This document shows, one piece after another, positions 50,906 to 61,912 of a stretch of 64,000 nt of DNA. The DNA lies in the NCBI RefSeq assembly GCF_003918875.1, contig NW_025767346.1:248001-312000 (forward strand), read 5' to 3'. The position numbers and the translations under genes are program-made. Position 1 is the stretch's first letter. Each line of letters begins with the position of its first letter. Under the pieces are notes generated by a model. It saw nothing but the letters and a program-made list of their open reading frames with translations. It was not told the DNA's origin and made no database searches. Source of the DNA: Haliotis rubra (taxonomy: Eukaryota).

Positions 50906-51831
50906 GTAGGATGCATGGTGAAGCCTCTTGAACTCGAGTGAGTTTACGTCGCTTTTAATAAAAACCCATCAAATTCACGGCGGGGAACCAGTAAATATAT
51001 AGGTTTACACGTTGTACCTTTGTAGGAAGTCGTACTGAGTCTTCAGCAACTAGAACTCGAAGCACATAAGTCGAATTATCCGAAGCATCACAGCTGCCAT
51101 TGTTGGGCCACACTGTCAAAAATAAACCTACGGGTATTTTAAAGCTCGAGTGAAGAGGTTTGCCCCCTTTTGCCCGCCAGGGTTCAATGATAGTTGGTCA
51201 AAAGCCTAGATTCCCTAATTACACGCCACTATTGCATGGCTTTGTTGATACTTCGTCGTTCGTCGCAGTCACTGCAGAAACGGTGCCATTTTAAACCTGA
51301 CATAGTGCCTAGGAGATAGTTTCTCTTGGCGCAAAGATAAGAAATTGGGTGGTTCTCACAAACACGTGCACAGAAGGCCCATTGGACACCTGTTATTGTT
51401 TCACTCCATTTCATTATCTGAGGGGTCGTTAGGGTAGTCCAGTTCGATCGTCATGCCAAAGACCCGGGTTCGATTCCCGAATTGGGTACAATGTGTGAAA
51501 CCTATTTCTGGTGTCCCGCAGCGTCATGTTGATGGTATATTGCTAAAAGCGGTGTAAAACAATACCCACTCACTATAGTCTACATTACTGAAGATCAATT
51601 CTAACCCGGGTTTCATGGGTTGTGAATATTCCAGTCATAGTGTTAACCCGGACTTTCACGGGTGGATTAAGCATTAATGGTTTCCATAAAATTGCTCTGA
51701 CACGTGTGTCATATCTACCAAACTCGAATAAACATTTACATATTACCTGGGAAATGTTCGAATCCTAAAACTAATAATGTCGATGTCAAACTTCCTTGGC
51801 ATGGTAACGTGAAACGTGTTTCGTTTGCTAG

Positions 51832-52172
51832 CTATGAAAAGTGCTGCAATGCCCAAAAGTACCCGGATGATCTGTTGCCAACACTCATCGATGTCGCTGG
51901 ATTCCACGACGAGGCGAGTGATAAGTTTGTGGAACTACTTCGCATTGTGTTCTACGGTCGACTTCCGGTGGGCGAATCACTAGCGGAAGCGGAGAGGTAC
52001 TACAACGACTGTGGATTGGAGGGACTCCGGTCAAAATACAACCAAAACAATGAGAAGCTGAAGGTTGACCGGGTCATCTTCCTGTCCTCAGCCACCCAGG
52101 ACTTCCCAGAGAACCTCATCTCGTGTGTGATTCAGGCAGCCAGACCGTCGGGCATCTATGACAAGAAAAGAA
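51832..52172 (+). CDS. IFI44-like: IFI44-like GTPase 2, exon 3 (G3)
   Basis: YEKCC...PTLIDVAGF...IVFYGRLP...LKVDRVIFLSSA. A|GTGAG donor. Confidence 0.85.
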
Positions 52173-52887
52173 GTGAGCAGTAGTTTTAAAAGGGATCCAG
52201 GCAGAATTGGTCACAGTACGTCATTGATGGTAGTACGATTAGTTTGTTGTTTAACGCCGCACTCAGCAATATTCCAGCTATATGGCGGCGGTCTGTAAAT
52301 AATCGAGTCTGGACCAGACAATCCAGTGATCAACAGCAGGAGCATCGGTCTACGCCGATACGTTGACATTTGTCATTCAAGTCAGCGAGCCTTACCACCC
52401 GGTCCCGTTAGTCGTCTCTTACGATCAGAATGGGTTACTGAAGATAAATTCTAACCCGGATCTTCACGGGTATCACGGTAAAGACTTGCTTCACTTACTC
52501 AATGCTCCAGATTTGCCTTAATTGTGTTTCAAGGGACCTTTGGGGGAATATGTTTCAGTATCATACCAATAAATAAGTTTCGAGAAGGCGGCTAATAGCA
52601 AATGCCTTCATCACTTCGACTGTCATCCCAAATGGAGCACTGAATGAGTGAATATGGTTTTACGCACATTTAGCAATATTCCGGCAACACAACGGAGGGG
52701 AGATAAAAAAAAGGGCCTCCCACGTGGGAAATCGAACCCGGGTCTTCGGCGTCACGACCAAACGCTTTAACCACTAGGCAACCCCACCGTCCCCGAATGG
52801 AGAAGATACTCCATGATATGATTAAAATACTCTGATATTGAAACAACATCTCTCATTCACTAATCAATACGACATTTTTTCTTTCAG

Positions 52888-53618
52888 CAATTCCTTTGTT
52901 CGGCGTCATGACGAAATATGACAAGGTGATCCCACAGGAAGAGTTTAAAAAACTGGAGGGAAAATCTGCCAATATTGACGTCATCGGGCACGAAGACTAT
53001 GCCGAGCGAGAGAGTAAGTTCATCAAGGCATTGGGTCTTGGGGGATCCAAACACCGGTTCCTCCGCTGCTCTAACTACTGCGATGACACAGACAAAGACA
53101 ACACGCGCATAGAGACCGTCATCCCTGACCTTGACCTTCCCGTGCTGAAATTCTTCACCCAGGTCAGTGACCCAGTGATGCAAGTGCTGAACAAGGGTGA
53201 GACCTACTCTCAAGGAATCGCACCTGAAACAATTCCAGTACAGGAAGCTGCGACCCCGACGCAAACGCCCGCACAGAAAGGCGGGACTGAAGTCAAAGGG
53301 AGCAAAATGGGCATCGTTGAAAATTTTGGAGAGACTGGTGTTTCGGTTCTGTTGATAACAATCGAGGCGATCTTTGTGGCGTTTTTCCTGTCCCTCCTTT
53401 TGAAGCCGCAGGTGGACGTCAACAAGGTGAAGGTCGCTTGTCAGTTTATGTCTGACCGGAAGACACCCCACGCCCAGGCCGGGATGACCGACATATGCAA
53501 GGCCGTGAGCGACTCGGATGTCTGGGCTGGTTTCACGTTCTATCTTGCACTTTTGATACTGATTGTCATAAGAGTAGCGTCGACGCTTTTCACCATAAAT
53601 ATCTTTAGACGAAACTGA
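52888..53618 (+). CDS. IFI44-like: IFI44-like GTPase 2, exon 4 (G4, NY motif, two C-terminal TM helices)
   Basis: IPLFGVMTKYD...RFLRCSNY...VSVLLITIEAIFVAFFLSLLL...WAGFTFYLALLILIVIRVASTLFTI. Confidence 0.85.
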
Positions 53619-54669
53619 TAGCTTGGGATTCTTTCACGTCACGGACATGGCTCAATGTATTAAATAACATAAACGTCATAATCAAATTTAACGTCTTTCA
53701 TTATACATTGGTATTTCTGGAAGAGTGAGTGAATGTGTATGGTTTTAAGCCGCATTAGCAACAGGAACGCTGTAGCACCATGGGGCAAACCTGAAATTGA
53801 TGTCCCACGTAGGAAATTGAACTCAGACCAGCGAGCGAACGCTAAACCCATAAGGCTACGCCGTATACTAGTATACGAGTGTATACCAGAACAATGGTTA
53901 GGATGTCACAAGTAAATACAATGTGGCTTTTCTTCAGCAAAGAAGAAATAGAATGACACCAAGAAATATCCGCGACCGATTCAAACGGTGGATGGCGGCA
54001 TCTTCCGTGGATCAGTGTGGATCATAAGGACATCAATATGTAGACAACCAGCTTTTAAAATTACTTCTGGTCATTGGGGTAGCCTGGTGGTTAAAGCGTT
54101 CGCCCGTCACGCCGAGGACCCGGGTTCGATTGCCCACATGGGTACAATGTTTGAAGCCCATTTCTGGTGTCCCCCGACGTGATATTGCTGGAATATTGCT
54201 ACAAGCGGCGTACAATTAAACTCACTCACTCACTGCTTTCAATCCATGTTGAGTATTGTGTTACAGCCTGAACTTAAAGCATTCAGTATAAGTATTGTTT
54301 TTTGGTATGCTGTAGACCTCTATTGTATTTTTACTATACTTCCGTTATTATTTTATGACACTTCTACATGACATGATTGTATTATTTCTGGTTTACTCCC
54401 ACTGTGCCAACTTTTGCAAATGGGCAGTGTTAAAACAAGAGGGATTAGGGTATAGTCTGTATCAGGATAGTGGGCACTGGATATATAGTATAGCCTACTT
54501 AACTCTTCAGTCATAAACTACATGCTAAAAGACTTACTTAATTTATAAACTCGTATGTAACTGGCATTAACATAAAGACGTAAGTGTAATGAGTTTGAAA
54601 TAATAATTTATTAACATACAAGTGATAAGCATCTTATGAAACATTGGTATGAGTAACATCAATAACATC

Positions 54670-54765
54670 ACCAACTTATATGTCCCATCACAATACAGGG
54701 TGTCTGCAGCAGCTTGATGGCGGAGGTTGTCTGGTGTGGAAAATAGCATGAAGTTCTTGTCAGGT
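54670..54765 (-). mobile_element. Mutator (MULE) transposase remnant
   Basis: FMLFSTPDNLRHQAAADTLYCDGTYK resembles the F.T..NL..L.....Y.DGTFK motif before the first catalytic Asp. Confidence 0.5.
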
Positions 54766-55381
54766 GCTGAATGCAGGAAGTTAATTAGCCATGATGATGA
54801 AAGATGAAGTGGGGGGTTCGTTTTATCATATAAATACATGACTGGGACATTAATTAGTGTTCACCAATTTGTTCTGAATGTGCTCACCAATGTTTTCAGA
54901 CTTGTGGTCATGGTGTCACCAGACTTGAAACAGACTATAACTAATTCCGCTGTTGTTCTACGGGTGACTGCATTTTGTTGTTTTAAGATAAGTGGGCACA
55001 GTGGGTGTACACCTTATTTCTTCAGTTTATATTGTCCAGTTCACACCTACTATATATACGTGCGCAATAAATTATGTGAACAGTGAACCCTCACTAATCT
55101 AGACAAGTCATTCCCAAGTGAAATCTCCCAGAGATATGAAAGGCCGGAGTAACTTGTGTAATATAGTTTGTATGCAGGCGTTTTTAACAGCAATCGCTCT
55201 GAATGTGTCCAGAATAATGAGGTTGTTAACTGTAAAGGCTTCGTGTACAGCAATCGATATTATCATGTGTCATTAAATCTTCAGTAGTCTGAATAAAGAA
55301 CAGTGAATGCATCTTTCGAATAATTTATTTATTCAGCACAGATCCGGTTGTTGAAACGTCATGTCCTTTGAGATAATCTCC

Positions 55382-56188
55382 TATAGTTTGGCATGAAATG
55401 CATGTGGACCCGGTCTTTTGTAAATATCTCTTCATCCAATCGATCTCAAACTGTGCAAGTGGATGTTTTGTCAGACAACCTAATCACATTGTAAATCACC
55501 GATTTTATGCATTTGTATTAAAGAATCTGTCTATGTAACTGCCATCAAAATAAACAGCAGAACGCAGAAGGCTTGCAGAGGGAGGGAGCCAATGACCTGT
55601 AACAGCGGCAGTGTTGGGTCATAAAGGTCAACGTTCGTCAATGTAGGTCAGCTATGCTGATGACCCTGATGTCAAAAGAATTTAACTTTGGATGCCTACC
55701 TTTTTGTACAAGGTTTTGTTTATTGGTTGTTGGTTTATTTTTCACAATTGTTAGCACGATGTTCTTTTTCATGCCAAGAGCAAAGGTTGTACGTTTAACA
55801 CATTGCTAATTAAACGTTTAGCGTCATCTGAATAAGCTTTCATGATGACAGCTAGAAGTAGTCAATGTGAATGATCCAAACGGTCTATCACTGTGCAGTG
55901 CACAGGTAGCTATCATGAACTGCACGTGCATTTACCTTTATGACCCAACACTACCGCTGTTACAGGTCATTGGCTCCCTCCCTCTGCAAGCCTTCTGCGT
56001 TCTGCTGTTTATTTTGTTGACAGTTACATAGACAGATTCTTTAATACAAATGCATAAAATCGGTGATTTACAATGTGATTAGGTTTTCTGACAAAACATC
56101 CACTTGCACAGTTTGAGATCGATCGGGTCACTGGATGAAGAGATATTTACAAAAAACCGGGTCCACATGCATTTCATGCCAAACTATA
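55382..56188. mobile_element. Foldback non-autonomous DNA transposon with about 250-bp TIRs
   Basis: TATAGTTTGGCATGAAATGC... / ...GCATTTCATGCCAAACTATA; the arms are near-identical. Confidence 0.85.
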
Positions 56189-56889
56189 CATATCATTCAC
56201 GTGTATCTCAAGGTTGGGTGGTTGATTTGTTGTTTTACGCCGCACTCAGCAATATTTCTGAAATATGGCGGTGGTCTGTAAATAATCGAGTCTGGACCAG
56301 ACAATCCAGTGATCAATATCATGAGCATCGATCTACGCAATTGAGATACAATGACACGTGTCAACCAAGTCAGCGAGCCTGACCACCCGTTAGTCGCCTC
56401 TTTCGGCAAGCATGGGTTACTGAAGGTCAATTATAACCCGCTTAACAAGGGACCCGATTATCAAGGGTAAATTTTAAATTCTACATCCCAGACAAATAGC
56501 CTGGATCCATTCGCCTACCATTTTTATGAAAGAATCTAATTATACAACGAATTCACTTAACATCTACTGGACTCTCGAGGTCTCTTTCTGATAAGAATAG
56601 AATAAAACTCGAACCCGGAACTAAATGAAACTGTAAAGACACCTGGTGTCCCCGAATCTGTTGAAGACTGCACGTTCGACTGGTTACATTACCTTCAAGC
56701 ATCGGATCTATGGTCCTTTCTGTGAGTGAGGGGATTGGGTTCAAGGCCGCTCTAAACAATGTTTCACTACGTAACGCAATAAGCGACCTTCTCATAACTT
56801 GACGAAGAAAGTTCGATCGTAGGTCATAGAGAAAGGGAAAGTATTAGGCTGAATCCACGAGTATGACATGGTACTGTCGTGCTTGACAA

Positions 56890-57325
56890 AGCCGTCATTG
56901 TTGTTGACATGGTATTGAAATGCTTGACAATAACGCAGTGTTGACAGTATTGTCAAGCAGCACAATGACGTCATTGTTGCTGGCATGGTATTGAAATGCT
57001 TGACAATAACGCAGTGTTGACAGTATTGTCATGCAGCACAATGACGTCACTGTTCTTGACATAGTATTGTCATACTTGACAATGGCGTCACTGTTCTTGA
57101 CATAGTATTGTCATACCTGACAATGGCGTCACTGTTCTTGACATAGTATTGTCATACTTGACAATGGCGTCACTGTTCTTGACACAGTATTGTCATACTT
57201 GACAATGGCGTCACTGTTCTTGACATAGTATTGTCATACCTGACAATGGCGTCACTGTTCTTGACATAGTACTAGTATTGTCATACTTGACAATGGCGTC
57301 ATTGTTGACATAATATTGTCATGCA
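56890..57325. repeat. 41-bp minisatellite with internal TGACA/TGTCA palindromes
   Basis: Unit GTCACTGTTCTTGACATAGTATTGTCATACTTGACAATGGC. Confidence 0.85.
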
Positions 57326-58946
57326 GGACACTGACGTTAGAGTTGACATGACAATGACGTCGGCAGTTGACATGCTACAGTCACGCAGATCAATGACGTC
57401 AGTGTAGTGATGGCATACAGTTGTATAGGCATGCTGGTGACGGGCGGTTATGGATAATGCAATAACTGGACATGGTTTACAAATAGTGCTAGAACCAAAG
57501 CCTCCATCGTATATATCGTGCCCTCGATTTGACATAAGGTCAGCTGAACTATTGACCTTGGAGACTGTTGATAAGCTACACAACGGTCAATGATTAGGAA
57601 AAACTGCCAGGGGCGGGGTTATGTCCAGTCTCACACTCCATGAACCACATTCTTTTCCCTACTGCCTGCCCTCCACAAATAAAGCAAGTCCAAATTTCCC
57701 AAGGTTCAGTGTCTGTTATCTGCAAGAAAACTAACTCGCTTTAGGGGTCGAGTTATATAGTAAACATATGTAACTGCCATGGCTGAAATTCCCATCTCAC
57801 TGGGCTCCTTATCAATTGAAATGGGTTTATTTGTTTCTATCAAAATTATACCACACGTTAGTCTATGTCCAGTCAACAAATAACAGATATGAACCACGTG
57901 TTAAAACTTCAGAGGCGCGGGGTCATTTAGCGTGACAAACATTTATCTTTCCTCCGTCCAGACATTTATGCTATCTCGAGTGAGATGTCTGCCACAAGCA
58001 TGATATATTATCTACCATTTCATAACACCAGTCTCGGACATTTCAGTTACTGATCCCTTGTGTTGGTGGTCAGGCTCGCTGACTTGGTTGACACATGTCA
58101 TCGTATCCCTATTGCGTAGATCGATGTTATGCTGTTGATCACTGGATTGCCTGGTCCAGACTCGATTATTTACAGATTGCTGTCATATAGCAAACTAAAC
58201 TCACTCAAAGTTGTGGATCTCAGTGGACATGGTCCATGGTGTAGTGGGTAGAGCGTCCGCCCTGAGAGCGGATGGTCGCGGGTTCGATCCCCGACCGCGT
58301 CATACCAGAAGACGTTAAAATATGGCACTTGTTGGTCCCTGCCTGGAGCTCGGCATTAATGGGTACAACAAGGACTGGTCGGTTCGGAGTCAGTATAATG
58401 TGTCTGAGTGGGGTATTCATGCTTCACTGCGGAATGGTATCTCAGTGGGCTAGCACTATAAAACCAGCTTCAGTCTGGGCTAGTACAAGCAGCCGCACAT
58501 ACACATTCAGACGCATGCACGTCGTCATGTGAGCGAGATATTCTCAAGTACGAAGTTAAACCCAATTTCACCTCACCTCACCTCACCTGAGTGGACATGG
58601 CCTCAACTCCACAGTTACTTCAACTGGTAGATTCACAAACACCCATGGACATGTCAAACATTTTCTGTATAATAATGCATCTTCATTATCAGAAACAGAT
58701 TTCACCATTTTCTGATTGCAACTATCTTCATATGGCCTGCCAGAGTACAACCGTGTTTGGATGTCAAAGGTGTTGCCAGTCGTAATGTTGGCTGATTTGG
58801 GGATGGTTAGATCGGACATTTGTTATTCCTGCAAGGATTATCGGTTCCTTACTGTCAACTGACAACCATGAGTCCATTCGAAAAGGTATGAAACGTTGTT
58901 TGTCACCGGAAGTACTAACGTGAAGTGCCGTGACCTACTTACCCGC

Positions 58947-59161
58947 CCTGGTAAGAGTTCCGCCCGTAAGCCCCGAGATTTTTTTTAGCATTCTATGCCT
59001 AAGATTTATAATAAGAATACTAAGAAGCCCACCCTAACCCTAAACCTAACATAATGCTAAATCTAAACGATAAACCTAAACCCTAACCCCTTGAAATAAT
59101 CATAATAAATAGAATACATTTCAAGCGGGGGTTACGGTTACGGGCGGAAATCTTTCCCAGG
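58947..59161. mobile_element. MITE with about 24-bp TIRs and internal CCTAACCCTAAAC repeats
   Basis: CCTGGTAAGAGTTCCGCCCGTAA ... TTACGGGCGGAAATCTTTCCCAGG. Confidence 0.55.
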
Positions 59162-59401
59162 CCCTATTGTCTTCTTATTGTTGAAAAAGAAAACGATCTT
59201 GCTTCCCGCCCCGGCTTATTATCATACAAATTCATCTATTGAAAGTTCACCCGTGTAAAACACATATCCAATGGGGTCTGTAAGTCTCGCGAGGCGATAC
59301 TCCCGGTACCCTTTGTGCGCACCAACTTGCGATATGCGAGATGAGCCCCAGCTTTCTTCCGGTATCAGAGTTCCGGCGACAAGCGTATACTTAAGAACCA
59401 G

Positions 59402-59503
59402 GGCCTAGATTTTCAAAGCTCTCTTAGCGTTAAGATAGTCGTAAGTGTAATACGTTAACATTACGACTATCTTAGCGCTAAGAGAGCTTCGAAAATCTAG
59501 GCC
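59402..59503. mobile_element. Near-perfect palindromic MITE with a CAG TSD (Harbinger-like)
   Basis: GGCCTAGATTTTC...GAAAATCTAGGCC, flanked by CAG on both sides. Confidence 0.75.
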
Positions 59504-59556
59504 CAGTTCTGGTTCGAAATCGCGCGACCGCCTAATATGACTTGACTAGACCGGAC

Positions 59557-60068
59557 TATAGTCTGTTTGCGGTGAAAACGTACCTATGAATTTCACTTTA
59601 AACAAAACAAATAAATCAAATGAAGTGAAATTAAGATTGCGAATCCTCATAATTTGTCCTTGCCATTTGAAAATTTAAATCCCAGAATTTTATTCAACTT
59701 GGGATGAAAGTTGTTTAACAAACGATCATAGTTTCAAATCGGTATTATTGGTTTGTATGACAAGGGGTATGCACATAAAATGAAACACCGATATCAAGTA
59801 GGGTTGGTCTAAGTTAACGCTCATCACGAACCGCACGTGCATTTGTTCCACTGTTCCAACTACTGCGCTTACCCCCTTGTATTACAAACCAATACAAGCG
59901 ATTTGAAACTATGATCGTTTGTTAAACAACTTTTTTCATAAGCTGAATAAAAATCTAAGATTTAAATGTTCAATTGGCAAGGTTGAATTATGAGGATTCG
60001 CAATCTTAATTTCACTTTATTCGATTTACATTTTTGTTTAAAGTGCAATTCACTGCAAACAGACTATA
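59557..60068. mobile_element. Older foldback element with about 215-bp TIRs
   Basis: TATAGTCTGTTTGC ... GCAAACAGACTATA; the arms have diverged. Confidence 0.75.
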
Positions 60069-61622
60069 AGTGTACGTTGTTTGTAAGCGGGAGTACTAAG
60101 GTCTCGCCTAGTGCCGTGACCTACTTACGGGTCCCATACCAAGAGATTGTGAAGTAAATGTCTCGTCAGCACTTGAACCTGAAAGAGTATAGTCCCGGGA
60201 ACAAGATTTGGTCAGGAATTCTCAAAAAGACCGTGCACTACATAACCTTTGCACAGTATATACTTGTGCACACAGGGGCCTGTCTTTATATGTATATGGA
60301 TATCAGTGTACCCTTGTGGGACCCAGGACGTATTATTTTCAGCAATAAAAGCCCCTGTGCTTGTGCACAAACATGAAGCTCTTAAATTTGCGTAAAAAAT
60401 AAATAATGACTGTCGAATCAGTGAGGATAAACAGTTTTGAAGTATAAAAAAATTGGGCTTAAAGATGTAGCTATCAATATTCATGGATTGTCAAATAATA
60501 AACATGTAGTTCGATAAGACCTCTTTTCAATTTTCAGCTGTGGCCCATATCGAGTACATGTATACAGCCATTTGTAAGGGTTGGCTACACCCCTACACCC
60601 AGATCAGTTACACTTGGCAGTTTGTACTTGACTCGGCTTTTCTGTGCAACTATATACCTGTGTTGATATGACTTGCCTACCACGAACAAAGGATCAAATC
60701 AACTTCAGAACACAGTGTTAATGTAGATAGATGTTTTACATAACCCGTGAAGATCAGTGTTAGAATTGTTCTTCACAAACTGTGCTTGTTGTAAGAGGCA
60801 TCTAACAGGATCGGGTGGTCTGGCTCGCGACATTGTTGACACATGTCATCATATCCCACTTGCGTAGGGGAGGTTGGGTTAAAGCGTTCGTTTGTCTCGC
60901 CAAGGACCCGGGTTTGATTCCCCACATGGGTATAATGTCTGAAGCCCATTTCTGGTGTCCCCTACGGTGATACTGCTGGAATATTGCTGAAAGCGGCGTA
61001 AAAATCAAACTCACCCACTCAATCGCGTAGATGAATGCTCATGATGTCCATCACTGGATTATCTGGTCCCGACTCCAGACCATTATTTACAAAGCACTGC
61101 TGTATAGCCTGAATATTGCCGAGTGTGGCATTAAAAACAAAAACGTTTTTCACAAAACCAGCAATTCAGACCTCGTTACACACACACATTCTTTTATTCC
61201 TCATCACATATACAAGTGTCATGCATAGATAGCACACAAAAGTAACCTTGGATTCAAAATTAAGTGGCACTGTGCCCAAAGAGGGCAAATTGTTCAAATG
61301 CAGTATGTTGTTCAAAACAGGGACTATTTTCAGTTTGTATTTTACTAAATTCTGAGGCATTACAATACTGCCCAAAATGCAATAATGCAAAATCAGGCAG
61401 GGAATACATATCTTCAGTATTAGTTGTGTTATAAGTAAAATACTTACAACTGTTAAGCCATGACATTGTTATAACATCAAGGCCTGAAATGTTTTATTCC
61501 ATCTTGGGAATAAATGCTGACATTTCCTGCAAACTTCGTCCAAATGTCAGCGTGAGGAGTTCAGATAAATCCCTAACACAAATCTTGATGACATTTAAAC
61601 TCTACAACAGTGTGTAGATCAT

Positions 61623-61912
61623 TCATGCTGGTTTGAGGTCGGTGCCCTTTGATTGTGAAGTCACACCCTGAATGTCTTGTGTCTCACAACCTCCAGTGCT
61701 CTTGACTCCACTGAAAGCAACAGCATCATCCTGTGATGTCACTTCCTGTTCAGCTGCAGTTGTCTCCCCCTGGTCATGTGACTGCCTTGTCTCCAGGCTC
61801 TGCTCCATCTCCTTCTGTCTGTGATAGTCATGTCTTGCAGCATCCAAGAGGACATTAGACAACATGTACCGAGTTTCTCGCTGCCTTGGCTTGACTGGGG
61901 GCCATGGGTTAC
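61623..61912 (-). CDS. MRPL17: Last coding exon of mitochondrial ribosomal protein L17; earlier exons not seen in the window
   Basis: cacAG acceptor, phase 1. GNPWPPVKPRQRETRYMLSNVLLDAARHDY matches the invertebrate mRpL17 C-terminal GNP.P.....NVLL.EAR pattern (recognised from memory). AATAAA at about 61498. Confidence 0.65.

Noticed and set aside
59030-59090. Telomere-like CCTAACCCTAA
   Set aside because: Short, degenerate and internal to a TIR-bounded element.
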